From Octopus sinensis (taxonomy: Eukaryota): a DNA stretch of 64,000 nt. This document shows, piece after piece, positions 36,143 through 49,545 of the stretch (the first letter of the stretch is position 1; every line of letters starts with the position of its first letter). The notes below the pieces were generated by a model. The model worked only from the letters and a program-made list of their open reading frames with translations. It made no database searches and was not told where the DNA came from. The position numbers and the translations under genes were made by a program. The stretch spans positions 54,560,001-54,624,000 of the forward strand of contig NC_043012.1 of assembly GCF_006345805.1 (NCBI RefSeq), read 5' to 3'.

Positions 36143-36517
36143 AGGTGTGGCTGTGTGGTAAGAAGCTTGCTTCCAAACCACATGGTTCCAGGTTCAGTCC
36201 CTGATACTTTGGGCAAGTGTCTTCTACTATAGCCTTTTGCCAACCAAAGCCTTGTGAGTGGATTTAATAGACAGAAACTGAAAGAAGCCCATTGTGTGTG
36301 TGTGTGTGTGTGTGTGTGTGCCCCCACAATTTCTTGACAGTCGATGTTGGTGTGTTTACATTTCCTTAACTTAGTGTTTCGGCAAAACAGGCTGATAGAT
36401 AAATAGATAAATATCTTACGAAGAATAAGTCCCAAGGTCGATTTCTTTGACTAGAAAAACCCCTTAAAGTGGTGCTCCAGCATGGCTGCGGTTAAATGAC
36501 TAAAGCAAGTAAAAGAA
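36143..36517 (+). mobile_element. SINE S1
   Basis: Homology to 5010-5421. Confidence 0.85.
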
Positions 36518-36871
36518 TATATATATATATATATATAAAGTTTCCGTTTACCAAATCCATTCACAAGGCTTTGATTAGCCCAAGGTTATAGTAGAAGACA
36601 CTTGCCCAAGGTACCACGCAGTGGGACTGAACCCGGAGCCATGTGGCTAGTAAGCAAGCTACTTACCACACAGCTACTCCTGCACCTGTTATGTGTATGC
36701 ATATAACTGTTTGTTTGTGTATGAAACACTGCCAGATTTGACTGGGCCTGATGAAGCCTTCTTGCTTCACAGACCCCAGTAGAACCGTCCAACCCATGCT
36801 AGCATGGAAAACGGACGCTAAACGGTGATGATGATGTATATATCTTTATTAACAATGTTGCTGTTTTCTAG

Positions 36872-37041
36872 GCTGTGGACACTATTGAACGTGATAGAGC
36901 TTTACAAGAACTTGCTCAAAGCAAGCAAAGAAATGCTGAATTGAAAATGGAATTAGCTGAACTTGGTTGCAAATATCAACTGGATTGTTCCAAGCTACTA
37001 ACTGAACTTAAAGAGGCCCAAAATGAAATTAAATTTCTCAG
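36872..37041 (+). CDS. RFWD3: RFWD3 coding exon 6, coiled coil (AVDTIERDRALQEL...NEIKFL)
   Basis: ttttctag| ... AG|GTAACA, heptad-like E/K/L-rich sequence directly after the RING, as in RFWD3. Confidence 0.9.
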
Positions 37042-37482
37042 GTAACATTTCTTTACCTTCGCGCACACACACATAAATATGTGTTTGTTGTATATGATTT
37101 TTTTTTTTTAGTATTGTTTTGGTGTTTTCCTCAAATATATCTTTGTGCGAAAATAAAATAAAGCATAATGGTTTTGTTAAGGTGCTGGACAACTGATCAT
37201 ACGGTCATGTGTCCAAACCCTACTGTAGCCTTTCATATTAACAAATTAAATATATACCCTTTGCTGCACGATAAAGCATACAAAGTATGGTTGCATTCAT
37301 TGTTGAAAACCAAGTTTATGGATTTGTACCTCTTGATCAGGGATGGGCAGCCTTTTCCAAAACGTGGGCTGCAGGAGTCATGACTCAGCATTTGGCAGGC
37401 CACACTACTAAAAGAATTCAAGTTAATTTTTCATTAGGCATGCCATTCAGAAAGTCCTGCACTTTGTCCATAACTGTTCGTC

Positions 37483-37860
37483 ATCATCATCGCCGTTTAA
37501 CGTCCGCTTTCCATGCTAGCATGGGTTGGACGGTTTGACTGTGGGCTGGCGAACCAGATGGCTGCACCAGGCCCCAATCTAGATCTGGCAGAGTTTCTAC
37601 AGCTGGATGCCCTTCCTAATGCCAACCACTCCGAGAATGTAGTGGGTGCTTTTACGTGCCACCGGCACGGGGTCCTGTCAGGCGGTACTGGCAACGACCT
37701 CGCTCGAACTTTTTACACATGCCAACGGCACAGGTGCCAGTAAGGTGATGCTGATAACGATCCCGCTTGAATGGTGCCTCCTACATGCCACCGGCACGGA
37801 AGCCAGTTAGCTGCTCTGGCAACGATCACGCTCAGATGGTGCTCTTAGCACCCTACTAGC
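37483..37860 (-). mobile_element. RTE 3'UTR fragment
   Basis: Same diagnostic motifs. Confidence 0.88.
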
Positions 37861-38633
37861 AATAATGTCACAGTCATTTTATGGTTTCAGAGAACCTATC
37901 TGCAAACAAGTACCACATATACAGTTGAATGGTTGATAGCAGGAAAGTTGTCCAGCTATAAAATATCATCTTCAACAATTTGGCATTGATGTTGTTGTTC
38001 TTTTACATCCATGCAACAACATGCAAGGTTGGGGGAAGACATCTAACTTGTATGTTCCATTTTTAACCCTCTCAGACCTGGGCGCCTGAGCAAAACAAAG
38101 AAAAGAAAATAGTTGCATATAGGCATAAGTGGGGCTATGTGGTAAGAAGCTTGCTTCCCAACCACATGACTCCATGTTCAATCCCATTGCGTGGAACCTT
38201 GGGCAAGAATCTTCTACAGTAGCCTTGGACCAACCAGTGCCTTGTAAGTGGATTTGGTAGAAGGCAACTGAAAGAAGCCCGTCATGTGTGTTTTTGTGTC
38301 TGTGTTTGCCCCCAACCCCCATACCACGTGACAACTGGCACTGATGTGTTTACGTCCCTGTAACTCAACGGTTTGGCAAAAGAGACTGATAGAATAAGTA
38401 CTAGACTTAAAGGGAAAAGGCTCTAGGATCAGTTTCATCATCATCATTTGTTCAACTGAAATCATTCGAGGTGGTGCTCCAGCATGGCCACACTCAACTG
38501 ACTGCAACAAATAAAAGAATACAGCTCAAGAGTAACAATTTAAGGCAAACTAATGGACAGAATCGGCAACATCTTTTACTACGTACATTCTTCGTTACTG
38601 CTTTACTGGGAATCCAAGAGAGAGGATGTTCAA

Positions 38634-38809
38634 CCCTTTAGCACTCAGATTACATATTTTTCCCATTGTTTTTTTAATTTTTATTTAATCCCACATTATC
38701 CTGTAGCTTTAATTGTATAGTTTTAGAATGACATTGTGAAAGGTTGGACCTGGTCAGTATTAACATTAGAATATTTAAGTCAGATATGGCTTGATTAAAT
38801 ACTAAAGGG
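38634..38809. mobile_element. piggyBac-type MITE (type A)
   Basis: CCCTTTAGCAC ... TACTAAAGGG-TTAA. Confidence 0.65.
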
Positions 38810-39152
38810 TTAACCTATTCCCACTATAGTGAGAATACATCTTGACTGGGTTAAAAGCTGCAACTGAATGCTCTTCCTAATATTAACCTCTTCACATAGT
38901 GTTATTGGCTTCATTTTACCATAGCACCAGCACTGGTGGACCTTGTCTTGTTCACAATGAGAACTAAAGAATCCTCTCTATTTTATGTCTTGTTTTTCGA
39001 CTACTTTATAGAGCGTATTGTCTATGTAATTAATATTTGCCCCATGCTTTTAACCCCAAATCTTGCTGGCACAAAATGACAGTTGCATTTGGCGACTGGC
39101 ACATAATAGTAACTAAGTATTGTGATTGTTGATTTTAAAAAATTTCTCAAAT

Positions 39153-39766
39153 AGGTGCCGGTGTGGCTGTGTGGTAAGAAGCTTGCTTCCCAATCACATG
39201 ATTCTGGGTTCAGTCCCAATGCATGGCACCTTGGATAAGTGTCTTTAATAACCTCAGGCCGACCAAAGCCTTGTGAGTGGATTTAGCAAAGGCAGCAAGC
39301 TGGCAGAAATGTTAGCATGCCAGGCGAAATGCTTAGCGGTATTTCGTCTGCCAGTATATTCTGAGTTCAAATTTCGCCATGGTCAACTTTGCCTTTCATC
39401 CTTTCGGGGTCGATTAAATAAGTACTAGTTATGCACTGGGGTTGATATAATCAACTTAATCTGTTTTCTGTCCTTGTTTGTCCCCTCTGTGTGTAGCCCC
39501 TTGTGGGCAGTAAAGAAATACGAAACTGAAAGAAGCCTATCATATATATATATATTTTTGTGATTGTGTTTGTCCCCCTGTCACTACTTGACAATTGGTG
39601 TTGATGTGTTTATGTCCCTGTAACTAAGCAGTTCAGCAAAAGAGACCAACAAAATAAGTATTAGACTTTAAAAAAAAGTCCCATGGTCGATTTGTTTGAC
39701 TAAAACCCTTCAAGGCAGTGCTCCAGTGTGGCCACTGTCAAATGACTGAAACAAGTAAAAGAATAA
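39153..39766 (+). mobile_element. SINE S1 with nested SINE S2 (~39289-39520)
   Basis: S1 is interrupted at GTGGATTT / GAAACTGAAAG by an S2 copy. Confidence 0.8.
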
Positions 39767-39792
39767 ATGCAATGATTTATTTTTTATTGTAG

Positions 39793-39925
39793 GAGTCGGT
39801 TGATGGGGAGCAGCACTGGCATAACTACAGATATTTCACTCTCTCAGGAAAATTCTGTAAACAAAAGCCAAGAAGCAAGTGGAAATGGACAATATAGGTG
39901 TATTAAAACAATTTTGATTTGGGAG
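39793..39925 (+). CDS. RFWD3: RFWD3 coding exon 7 (SRLMGSS...YRCIKTILIWE)
   Basis: ttttattgtag| ... GAG|GTACGT, phase 2 to 0. Confidence 0.85.
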
Positions 39926-40000
39926 GTACGTGACAAATCATTTAAAAACTGGGTTTTTCTTTCTTTCTTTTGCTTTGATGTAGGCATAGATTTGCAGTTA

Positions 40001-40218
40001 TGAAGGGGTGCTGAAAAATTCCTGACTTTAGGTAAAAGAAAATACCGGAGGATCAGTTAATTATGATTTTATTCAACATATTCCCCTCTCAGATTCACAC
40101 ACTTATTGCAACAATCCTTCAGATTTTCTAAGCCCTGTAAAAAGAACTGAGAAGGTTGGGCCTCCAAGCAGGCCCTTAACGATAACCTTAAAGCCAGGAA
40201 CCTTTCAGCACCCCCTCA
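40001..40218. mobile_element. Mariner-derived MITE
   Basis: Imperfect TIRs GAAGGGGTGCTGAAAAATTCCTG / CAGGAACCTTTCAGCACCCCCTC flanked by TA. Confidence 0.85.
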
Positions 40219-40581
40219 TAAGAGACCTGCTTTGCAGTAGCTACATGGTTTCATGTTCAGTCTTGCTGCATGTCTTCTATGAATTTGGGTTGAACTATGC
40301 CTTGTGGGTGCAATTTGGCAGATGGAAACTGTATGGAAGCCTTTTGTATATGTTTGTGTACATGTGTGTATGTGCATTTATCTCTGTGTGTCTTCACACT
40401 GGCACAGCTTGAATGATGCATACCTTTTGTGTATATTCCTATATACAATATATCCCACAGATCAGCAACTTGATTACAGAGGCCAGTAAAATAAAGTATG
40501 ATACATGTTCATCATTTAACACCCATTTTTTTTTCCTATCTGACATGGGTTGGAGGATTTTTCTCAGGCAATATTTTGTTG

Positions 40582-40818
40582 TAGGGCAGCAAGCTGGCAA
40601 AATCGTTAACAGGCTGGGCAAAATGCTTAGTGGTATTTCATCTGCCATTACATTCTGGGTTTAAATTCTGCTGAGGTCGACTTTGCTTTTCATCCTTTCG
40701 GGGTCAATTAAATAAGTACCAGTTATGCACTGGGGTCGATGTAATCAACTTAATCCCTTTGTGTGTCCCTGTTTCTCCCCTCTGTGTTTAGCCCCTTTGT
40801 GGGCAATAAAGAAATAAA
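40582..40818 (+). mobile_element. SINE S2
   Basis: Same core. Confidence 0.85.
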
Positions 40819-42110
40819 TATTTTGTTGTAGTTACTTGGTGGAAAATCGAACATATTGAAGTCAAATATTGAAATGTGCATGGGACAGGCAGGTGTTTAT
40901 TTTGTGTGTGTACAGGTATTTTCACCATGTAGAAATTCATCTCTAGATATATGAAAACAAATAAGGGTTGGTACCAGGAAGAACACCCTATTGTAGAATA
41001 CTGCTTGAGAATGTTTCTTCCAACCCATGCTAGCATGATAAGAGTAGATATAAAAAAAAATGATGTTGTATATAATCTCCTAATAGAGTAATGAGCGTAG
41101 TGTTTTTATATATTTGTGTGTGTATGTTTGTCCAAAATCACAGAGTAGGAGTAGGATGGAGTAGGAGAAAGAGAAGCATAAATGGAAGAGAGAAAATAGT
41201 AATTGAGTGAAGGAGAAGTAGTGAGAGTAATTGCTCTGACTGAGAGAGGGTGCGAGAAAGTAATAGCAATGGAAAAAGGAAGGGGTGATAGATGAATAAG
41301 GAAGGAAGCGGGTAAAAAAAATCAGCATTTCAACTCTGAGTATATGCGTGTGTATGTAAAAAGGAGGTATGTCAATATGTGTGTGTGTGTGTGCGTGCAA
41401 TGGAAATGGGATGGTGAACATTCAATGCTGAAAAGAAAAATCAAACAGCATTTCAACTCTGAGTATATGTGTGTGCATGTACAAGGGAAGTATGTGAATA
41501 TTTGTATCTGTGATTATTATTATGTACCTTATTTGTATATAAAATACTACAATTAGCTGTCATTTCTGATGGCACGGAGTCAGCTAGTCTGATATAAACT
41601 GAAATTGAATTTCTGCATAGGACAAAGAAATATTTCAACCCTGAACTTTTTGGGGAGTTTTTACAGCCTGAAACTAAGACACAGTGTTCACATATCTGGA
41701 ACTGTGCTGCTTGTACACACACACACACATGAAGACCTCTCAGACTGCATCTAGATGAAGGCCATCTGACCGATTAGCTATAATTTAATAGCCATCGGCC
41801 AATTTCAATCATTTACTCATAGAAACACAGACATACTGTTTCATCTCTTCTATTCTTATTGCAATAGACTTTGCTCTTCTGAACTGGCTAACTGTATACC
41901 TTGTTACATTGTTCATCCAGGTCTACTTGAATCACTCACAAGTACCCCTACAAAGACCTACAAATGTATGGTCTTTTACCAAATATTTATAAGAAATGAA
42001 GGATATTTTGTCAGTTTTTCTCCAGTTAATTATGTTCAATATGTATTCTTTAAGAATAATATTACTGTTGTTAAGGCAGAATGCTTAGCGATATTTCACT
42101 CATCTTTATC

Positions 42111-42731
42111 ATCATCATCATTTAGCATCCGCTTTCCATGCTAGCATGGGTTGGACGGTTCAACTGGGGTCTGTGAAGCCAGAAGGATGCACCAGGCCCA
42201 GTCTGATCTGGCAATGTTTCTACGGCTGGATGCCCTTCCTAACACCAACCACTCTATGAGTGTAGTGGGTGCTTTTTACGTGCCACCGGCACAGGTGCCA
42301 GACAGGGCTGGCAAACGGCCATGGTCAGGTGGTGCTTTTTACGTGCCACCGGCACGATCGGATGGTGCTTTTTACGTGCCACCAGCACGGAGGCCTGTCG
42401 GGGCGGCGCTGGCAACGGCCATGTTCAGATGGTTCGCTTACGTGCCACCGGCACTGGTATCACAGCTACAATTTCCATTGATGTTGATCGATTTTGATTC
42501 TGATTCTCACTTGCCTCAACAGGTCTTCACAAGCAGAGTCTTGTGTCCCAAGAAGGAAAGGCACATACAAGTGGACCAGCTACATCCCAGGTAGAGGCCA
42601 TGGGTTATGGTCTCACTTGTTCTGCCGGGTCTTCTCACGCACAGCATACTTCCAAAGGTCTCGGTCTCTAGTCATTTCCTAGGTGAGACCTATAGTTCGA
42701 AGGTCGTGCTTCACCACCTCGTCCCAGGTCG
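42111..42731 (-). mobile_element. RTE LINE 3' fragment
   Basis: Near copy of 61921-62640. Confidence 0.9.
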
Positions 42732-43189
42732 TTGACTTCAAATTCCACAGAGGTTGACTTTGCTTTTCATCCTTTTAAGGTCGGTAAAATAAGTAGGAGG
42801 GAGGTTGATGTAATTGACTTAGCCCTCCCCTGAAACTGACTGGCCTTGTGCTAAAATTTGAAATCAATATTATTATAATTATTGTTTTGGTGGTAGAATA
42901 TAGCACAAGTGGCAAAGTACTGAGTTCTAATCATACAGAAGTCAGTTTTGCTTTTCATCACACTCAAGCCAAGGGGCAGAAGGAATAAAATCAACGTTGG
43001 ACACGTACTGTTGTTGATGTCTACATAATGATTTCTAGTTTAGGCTCAGTCCTCAAATTTTGGGATAGAATTTACAAGGGACTGATTCAATTTCAGTACA
43101 TGACTGGTACTTTGCATCATCAACAGAAAAGGATAAAAAACAAAGATTAACCTCAACAGAATTTGAACTCAGAACTTATAAATGCTATA

Positions 43190-43396
43190 AAAGGCGGGTG
43201 AAATGCTTTGTGGTATTTCGTCTGTCTTTATGTTCTGAGTTCAAATTCCGCCGAGGTCAACTTTGCCTTTCATCTTTTGGGGTCGATGAATTATATACCA
43301 GTTATGCACTGGGGTCGATGTAATCAACTTAATCCGTTTGTCTGTCCTTCTTTTCCCCTCTATGTTTAGCCCCTTGTGGGCAATAAAGAAATAAGA
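43190..43396 (+). mobile_element. SINE S2
   Basis: Same core. Confidence 0.85.
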
Positions 43397-43509
43397 ACAT
43401 ATAAATGCTGTTAGGCATTGTATCTTTACTGCTATTGCCAATCTACAGTCCTAAAGAAAAATTAATTTCAGGTTTTTCCAAATTCAACAAAATTGTCATT
43501 TGATTTTAG

Positions 43510-43611
43510 GGTGGGAACTGCCGTGTGATGGCCTACAGTCCTTTTCTGGGTATTCTGGTTGTATCACAGCCCTCAAGTATTCCATTGTTTCAGGGATTTG
43601 GTGTGAGAAAA
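43510..43611 (+). CDS. RFWD3: RFWD3 coding exon 8, WD40 start (GGNCRVMAYSPFLGILVVSQPSSIPLFQGFGVRK)
   Basis: gattttag| ... |GTGAGT. Matches the RFWD3 GCRV...LVVSQPS...GFGVK segment. Confidence 0.93.
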
Positions 43612-45248
43612 GTGAGTATATTAAATGTTTACATTTCATGATATTTGTCTTCCTTCTCAGTTTACAAGCTAATTTTTCAGATTTAACTTGGTATTAAGTG
43701 CAATAGAATCCAGGCTAGATGTATATAATGATTAACACAATATAATTTTAATTAATATATTTAACTTTCAACATATTGAAAATTTTCTAAGTGAAACACC
43801 CATTCCTGTAATAATGAACAGAAAATACAAAAAATGGGTTTGTTATTCAAGTGCTTATAGTGTCTTTACTTGTGGTCAGCTTATTGTGAAAATTTTATAG
43901 TATTACAGAAAAGAATTTTTTTTTTAATGTGAGTAGTCATTTATGATAAAAAAAATCATGCTTGTGTGGTTTTTAATTGATTACATAATAATAACTAAAC
44001 AAAACAGATATACTGTAAAAACCCATGTAATTTGCGCACCTGTGTAATTTACGCAGGTGATTTTTCAGGATAAGAATTGTTTAAAAAAAGCTTCTACTCG
44101 TGTAAAATTCACACCCAAAAGTTTTCAGAATTGTTGATATGGCCAAGAGAAAAAGGTTTTCAATTTAGTTGTATTTAGCATAATTTCACTTACTTATGAT
44201 TAGATTTTATTAAATTTTCATTAAATGAAAATAATTTCTGTTTAACAGGTATCACATTGAATACTATTAAATTACGAAGTGTTTGTGTTGTTTATAATAA
44301 ACTTTTTAAATTTCTTGCCCACAAGAGATTATGTCCGATTTTTAACATACTTCTGTATGTCTTCTCAATTCACAATCACTGGAAAAATTGTTGATAATTC
44401 TTATCAGCAAAAACAAAGCTGATAAATACACACATTAAGCTTAATTACCAATAAACATCAGCTTGGATGACACTTAACTCAACCGTCATAGGGTGACCAA
44501 TCAAACTGATTATGTAAACAGAATTCTGATTGGTCGAAAGTGTCTTTCTGCCCATTCTTGTCGGAACCTTTGATACTGAGTATCGAAATATTAATCCCTT
44601 TCACACTTATAAAATATCAAGCAAACTTAAAAATTTGTCGTTACTGTTTTATCCGGGAAACCAAACTGATAGTTTGGTAACCCACTAAAATAAACTTTAA
44701 AATTGAAAGGAAAAAATAGACAGCTTTGCAAGTTTAACTCAGTGTTTACTGAACAACAGAGGTGCAAAATTTAAGAAGCAACTTGTTAGGATATACATAT
44801 CTGTGAGGGGACATAAAAAAGGATAGCAAAAATCTACTATACCAAAAGAACTGGTAATACATACATTAAAAGTGTTCTATGAAGAGAGCATAAGATTGCT
44901 GCCATAATTCAACATCAATGTGAAACAACATTAAACATCGTATAAGGTAAATGAAGGTTTCTGTAAGAATGCTAAGACATATTCACTTAGTGAGTTTACA
45001 TGTGTAAGGATGAATTATGATGTTGTCAGTGTTAGGTGCAGTAAAAAATGGCCTGGACCGTGATTACCAGCACGAACATCAAAGTTCAAAAAGTAGTTAA
45101 CCATTAAATAGTTTTAGTAAATTTATACAGAAAAAAAAAAAGTAAGCATTATACCGTCCAGCATAAATAAGAGTCAAATTCATTATATTTCTTCTGTAAA
45201 AACCTATCCTGACATTATTTATCTATGCACAAATGAATGTACTTGCAG

Positions 45249-45412
45249 ATTAGTACGGTGGATTTTCGGACGACTGAATATATCCCACTTCATTCTAAAC
45301 TTATCCGTTCCATGAGTTTCCATCCAACGTATTCCGATGGTTTACTGCTTAGTTGTGCTATGGACAAAAAAATCAAATTAACCAGTTTAATTAGCAACAC
45401 AGTTGTTCAACA
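45249..45412 (+). CDS. RFWD3: RFWD3 coding exon 9, WD40 (ISTVDFRTTEYIPLHSKLIRSMSF...MDKKIKLTSLISNTVVQ)
   Basis: ttgcag| ... CA|GTAAGT. Matches RFWD3 YIPMHGKQIR...LDNTIKLTSLETNTVVQ. Confidence 0.95.
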
Positions 45413-47849
45413 GTAAGTATCACGATTCTTGTTCCTTTGAGTCCTGTATGAATGTATATGAGTGAATGTATGTGTGTATATGAAGTTTCATATACACGCA
45501 TACATTCACTCTCTCATATGCCATCATCATCATTATCATCATTCTTTTAATCCACTATTCCATACTTCATGGGTCAAATAGTGTTTATTAAGTCAAATTT
45601 TCTACAGCTGCATTCTGATCCTGTTGTCAACCTGCAAAATGAATGTCTCTGCTTATATTCCAGTGATACTTTTACATGTTTCTGTCAAGACTGCAGCCAT
45701 GCTAGGACATCAAAATATATATATTTATTACTGTGTGTATGTGCAATGATATATACATGCTTACACACCCACATATAGATATAATATACAATATGTGTGT
45801 GTTTTTTTAACAGCACATGCATGGACACATTATAAGTTAAGGCTTATAATGTGGTTAGAAAGTCTGTTTTGCAACCACATTGTTTTGAGTTAATTCCAAT
45901 TGCATGGAGCTGGGTAGATATATTTTTCTATAACATTGTACTGATGAATGCTTTGTGAGTGGAATTAGTTGAAGGAAACTGTAGGAAGTGTAACAGTCAT
46001 TCCAGCTCCGTCACATGACTTTTAGAGGCCTCCTGCAAAAGTACAAGTTAAAATTTATTTAGGTCTATTACAAATTTCAATAAGTAAAACTTCCAGAATG
46101 AATAAAAGAGCACTTTTATAATCTAGGTAACTTTCAAAGACAAACATAGCACACTTTTCGCTTCATGAAATAATCAATCAGTTTAGAATAATCAAGATGA
46201 GAGCTAAGTTAATGTTCAGTAGATATCATAGACAATCCACAAAGTCTGGTACATGTTTGTGGTACAATATAATATTTTTACAAGAACTTTTGCTGGTACA
46301 ATCTATTACCATTTTATTTCTTGAAATTTTCAGTTAACATAGATTGTTTAATTCTTGTTCAACATCTTAACCAAAGTAAATAGATGACTAATCTACATAC
46401 TTTGATCTTAACCTGGGGGCCCTCAACTGTGGAGGCCCCCTGCGACTGCAAGGGTTGCAGGGGCTTAGCAACAGCCCTGAGTTGTTCATTCATTCATTCA
46501 TTCATAGACAGATTTGTGTATGCATGCAGTTATGCCATTGTTTTGATGTTTGTGCACAGTTTAAAACAATGACTCCATTGAAATGATGGCAACTTTGTTG
46601 ACAATCTGCTGCATAAACATATTCCAGCTATTGAGCTGTTTATTGAATGAAGGACAAGCGGAAATAGTTTCTTATTCTTATTTAGAAACAAGTGGAGGTT
46701 GGTTACAAGAAAAGCATCTGATTGTAGAAATCTACCACAATTAGTTTAGCCTAATCCATGCCAGCATGGGAATGTGGACATTAAAACAATGATTGTAATA
46801 TATCTATGTATAACTTAGATGTAGTTTATCCACTAAAACAGAACTGATAGTTTGGTAGAATTTATTTGGTGTAATCAATAACATGATCACTCATCAAGTG
46901 ATAGTTACCTTAACACCCATAATGTGAGGTGTTCTCTCTTTTCTGTCTTGTGACATATTTCTAAACATTGAACATATGATTTAACTTTAAAATGTTATAC
47001 TGTTTACATTATAGCTAAGATGTATATATACATTACAGTCTGTGGAGATATATTGTAGTAGAAGAATTAGTAGTTTGACTGTTATTTCTAAATTTTCGGT
47101 ATGTGGTAAAGCAACTTTCGCTGATCCCTTAATTATGTTTATAATTATAAAAAAACTTTTTGTGTAAGTTTTTACCGATAAGGTTTTTTTTTCCATATCA
47201 AACTACTTAGTAAAATTTATTAATTATTAAATTAATAATTCTTTACCCTATATCTATGATATATATATATATGCTTGTATAGGGTGTGTGTATATCCATG
47301 CCGAATTTATTCATGTATAATTTACTTATTTACATGAAAAAACATGATTAATTGGTTTCCATTATGTTGGCTTTACAGCTGGTACACTTTTACAGCTTAC
47401 AATGGGAAAATTCAAAAGTCATTTTAAAATTTGCTTTTAGTTTTATTTAAGAGATGTGAACACTTTCATTGTATTTTGTGTAACAATTAAAGTTAATCTG
47501 GTTAAAAGTCCCCTTTAACCATGTACCATAATTCTATCTACTACAGGTACAATGCCTGATATTTTGGGGGAAGGGTGTTGGAGGCTAGTTCATTTCATCA
47601 ACCCCCAATACCTGCCTGGTACTTATTTTATTGACCCCTGGAAGGATGAGAGGCAGATTCAACTGTGGCAGAATTTGAACTCAGGAAGAAATGCCTCTAA
47701 AGTGGTAACAATTCTGCCAGCTCACTGTCTTTATTTATTTATCATAATACAAAAGGGAAGTCAGTGGGTATATAGTGGTGGTAGTGGTGGGGGAATCCAT
47801 TGCACATAATTACAGATTAGCATTATACATGAGAATGTATTATGTTTCT

Positions 47850-47879
47850 GTGTTTATATATATATATTGTGTGTGTGTG

Positions 47880-47936
<57 letters not shown>
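47850..47936. repeat. (GT)n(AT)n microsatellite
   Basis: Direct reading. Confidence 0.95.
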
Positions 47937-47939
<3 letters not shown>

Positions 47940-48196
47940 GGAGTATAACTCCAAACTTACAGGAAAAAATTCAATTTAGTATTAAATCAAATTTCACAAT
48001 ATAAATATATAATATAAATAAATTAGAGAAAAACCACTATTATTTACTTATATATTGTTTATTCAGTTTTTGGTACTTTTTGTGATCTAGTAATATGTTT
48101 TATATTTTATTTTTTCTTTGTGATTTGGTTTACGTCTATCATTGTTTGAATTACATAATAGTGGTTTTTCTCTAATTTATATATATATAATATATA

Positions 48197-48414
48197 TGAC
48201 GGGGTGATGAAAAGTTTCTGGCTTTGGGTAAAAGAAAATGCAAAAAGGATCAGTTAATTATGATTTTATTCAACATGTTCCCCTCTTAGATTTACACACT
48301 TGTTACAGTGGTCCTTCAGGTTTTCTAAGCCCTGTAAAAGTACTTGGAAGGTTGGGCCTCTAACCAAGCCTTTCATGATACCCTTAAAACCAGGAACTTT
48401 TCAACACCCCCTCG
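48197..48414. mobile_element. Mariner-derived MITE (second copy of the 40001 family), 36 nt before RFWD3 coding exon 10
   Basis: Same 218-bp length and internal sequence, TA flanks. Confidence 0.85.
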
Positions 48415-48450
48415 TATATGTGCATATAATGTTTTTTTATTTTTTTACAG

Positions 48451-48654
48451 GTACGAGGTCCCACTTCCTGCTTGGAGTTGTGTTTGGAACACAGATGACC
48501 ATAACTACTTCTTTGCTGGCATTCAGAATGGTTTAGTGTTGGAATATGATGTCCGAAAGACTGACACATTTATTCAACAAATAAACACTGAGGGGAGTCG
48601 GTCACCTGTTGTTTCTCTACAGTATATTCCTGCTGCACCTTTTGCTCACTTCAG
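48451..48654 (+). CDS. RFWD3: RFWD3 coding exon 10, WD40 (YEVPLPAWSCVWNTDDHNYFFAGIQNGLVLEYDVR...AHF)
   Basis: ttttttacag| ... AG|GTATGG, WSCxW and YDVR motifs. Confidence 0.95.
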
Positions 48655-48679
48655 GTATGGTTATCTTGTTATGCTATTC

Positions 48680-49030
48680 TTTTACTTGTTTCAGTCATTT
48701 GACTGCAACCATGTTGGAGCACCACCTTGGAGGGCTTCTACTTGATAAAATCAAACCCAAGACTTATTTTTTAAAGCTTGGTACTTATTCTGTCATTCTC
48801 CTTTGCTGAACAACTAAGTTACATGGACATAAACACACCAATGCCAGTTAGCAAGCAGTGATAGGGGGACAAACAAAGACACACTCATACATGCACACAT
48901 ACGACGGGCTTCTTTCAGTTTTCGTCCACTATATCCACTCACAAGGCTTTGGTTGGCTCAAGGCTATAATAGAAGACACTTGCCCAAGTTGCCATGCAGT
49001 GGGACTGGACCTGGAACCATATGGTGGGGA
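48680..49030 (-). mobile_element. SINE S1
   Basis: Reverse-complement homology. Confidence 0.8.
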
Positions 49031-49159
49031 TGCATACTTCTTTTATTCAGGAAGCTGCAGGCTGGACAAGGACATAATGAGATGATATGATAATAATGAG
49101 GGCAACAGCAACACCTGCCGATTGCTGTTTACCTGAGCACATTGTTCTTTATAAATACC

Positions 49160-49545
49160 TGAGGAGACCTATTGAGTCAAGTACGTTAACACCAACATCA
49201 AAATGAAAATCAAATAGAAATTGTAGTTAAGATACCTGTGCCGGTGACACGTTAAAAGCACCGTCCAAACGTGGCAGATGCCAGCGCCGCCTGACTGGCG
49301 ACCGTGTCAGTGACCCGTAAAAGCACCAACCAATCGTGGCCGTTTGCCAGCCTCCTCTGGCCCCTGTGCTGGTGGCACGTAAAAAGCACTCACGGAGTGG
49401 TTGGCATTAGGAAGGGCATCCAGCTGTAGAAACACTGCCAGATCAGACTGGTGCCTGGTGCAGCCTCCTGGTTTCCCAGACCCCGGTCGAACCATCCAAC
49501 CCATGCTAGCATGGCAAACGGACGCTAAATGATGATGATGATGAT
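49160..49545 (+). mobile_element. RTE 3'UTR fragment
   Basis: Same diagnostic motifs. Confidence 0.85.

Noticed and set aside
41760-41800. Degenerate hammerhead-like CTAGATGAAGGCCATCTGACCGATT
   Set aside because: Both core boxes are altered and there is no supporting second copy.
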